From: Callorhinchus milii
Taxonomy: Eukaryota
Reading direction: 5' to 3'
Assembly: GCF_018977255.1 (NCBI RefSeq)
Contig: NW_024704743.1
Coordinates: 15,130,001-15,194,000 of the forward strand
DNA: 64,000 bases
The first letter of the stretch is position 1; each line of letters begins with the position of its first letter. Below are positions 62,753 through 64,000 of this stretch, in pieces. The notes under the pieces are model-generated. The model was not told the DNA's origin. It worked only from the letters and a program-made list of their open reading frames with translations, and did not search any database. The translations under genes and the position numbers were made by a program.

Positions 62753-64000
62753 GTATTTACACAATACATTCATTTGGAAAAAGCCTTTCCGATGACTTGC
62801 ACTCTAACTACAATATATTATTGAACTAAATAATGGTGGTATTAATAGTAATAACAATAATAGCCCTTGTATTTGATGTAGCATCTTCCATGTCCGGAGG
62901 TTGTCTCAAAGTATTTCTTAGGGCTTCTTATAAAGTGTAGTAACCATTTTGAAGGCAAACCCTGCAGACTGTTTCTGTACTGCAATCTCCCACAACAGCC
63001 ATAAAGTGAATGATCAGATTTATCTGAGGAATGTTGGGCCGGACACTGGGAGAAACTTATTTTCTTTTTAAATAGTGCCATATGATCTTTATTATCCACC
63101 CGAACAGGCACAGTTTAAGTTTAAAGTCTTATCCGAAAGATAATACCTACAACAATGCAGTGCATCTCCAGCACTCTATTGGAGTATCAGACTAGACTAT
63201 GAGAGTTCAAAGTCCCAACATGGGCTTGAACCCCACACCATCCTTTGGATGAGACGATATACCAAGGTCCCATCTTCCTGTTCAGGTAGATGTTAAAGAT
63301 CCCATGGCATTATTCGAAAAGAGAAGCAATATATCCCAGCCAACAATCCCCCAAATAAAAATTAATTCACTTAATAGCTATTTGTGTGCAAATTGGCTGC
63401 CACTTTTGTCCAAAAATTCAAAGTAAAATCCTGTGAAGCGCTTAATAAGGCGCTGCAGCAAATGCAAGGATTATTTTATTGGCAAAGAATAAAAACACTG
63501 GCAACGAATAGTTTGCCCAAATGACTTGTTTCTGTTCTGTAACATTCTATGTAATTCTAAGTGGATGACAAAAGTTTTGTAGTTGAAGAACCGATCTGTT
63601 TTTTCTGAGTTTTTTTTTTACCCCCTCTCAGATTGAATCTAGCAATCTGTTTATGTAAGTGATGGGCAGCCTCAGAAACAGAAAATATTCATTTTAGGAA
63701 TGCAGATTATTCCTGGATGCTGATTGTTTAGGTTGTGCACAGGTGTTTAGAGTTATTGACACCCTAGATATATGGTTCCTTTGTATTTTATTGTATGGGG
63801 GACTATTTAAAGGGGAATGTATTTTTGATGTCCGTGTGACAATGCACTTATGAATAAATTCAGTCTTTGCTTTTTTAATTTTGGGAACACCTTAGGCAAG
63901 TTTCCTTACTCCACACGCCACTGTTTACCTAGCAGTAAGTAGGAACCCAATTGTTAGTCAATTGGCGGATCGCTTTTCTGGGCATAATAATCTCTTAAAA

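Noticed and set aside
1..64000. CRISPR array, rRNA or prokaryotic system
   Set aside because: Eukaryotic intron-exon DNA; the recurrent short repeats are dispersed retroposon tails, not regularly spaced arrays.

Overview
Vertebrate genomic DNA, probably a cartilaginous fish and possibly a chimaera (inferred from the repeat content: abundant L2 and CR1 LINEs, Deu-domain tRNA SINEs, Penelope-like elements). The whole window lies inside a + strand CLASP2 gene. Six internal coding exons (1137-1228, 2748-2823, 6810-6907, 17191-17261, 47337-47477, 62682-62752) all have AG/GT boundaries and consistent phases. They splice into FIWDRLASGFKHKNFRTREGVCLCLITTLSNYGAQPLTLSKIVPHICNLLGDPNSQVRDTAMNTMVEIYRHVGEKVRSDLSKKGIPQARLQTLFARFDEVHRSGNMILSFSLDKSFDDEESVDGSKSSASSSFKVPATKKMGSTNTGGKRSASAHGSKSGASKDGAVDEDDFTRAFDDVPTVQ, the end of TOG1 plus the TOG1-TOG2 linker. 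The 30-kb intron (17262-47336) hides two tiny alternative start exons that the ORF track misses: MAMDD (21075-21090, CLASP2-gamma-like) and MRRLICKRICA (46903-46936, CLASP2-beta-like). Other observations: an exon whose start recreates a 5' splice site, a U2 snRNA 5' fragment fused to an unknown A-tailed segment, hammerhead-ribozyme-like motifs in two Penelope-like copies, local 120-140 bp duplications near the gamma exon, and an unclassified 4-copy repeat. Almost all ORF-track entries are transposon fragments or noise. Transposon boundaries are approximate, and comparisons with human proteins and known RNAs are from memory, not from a search.
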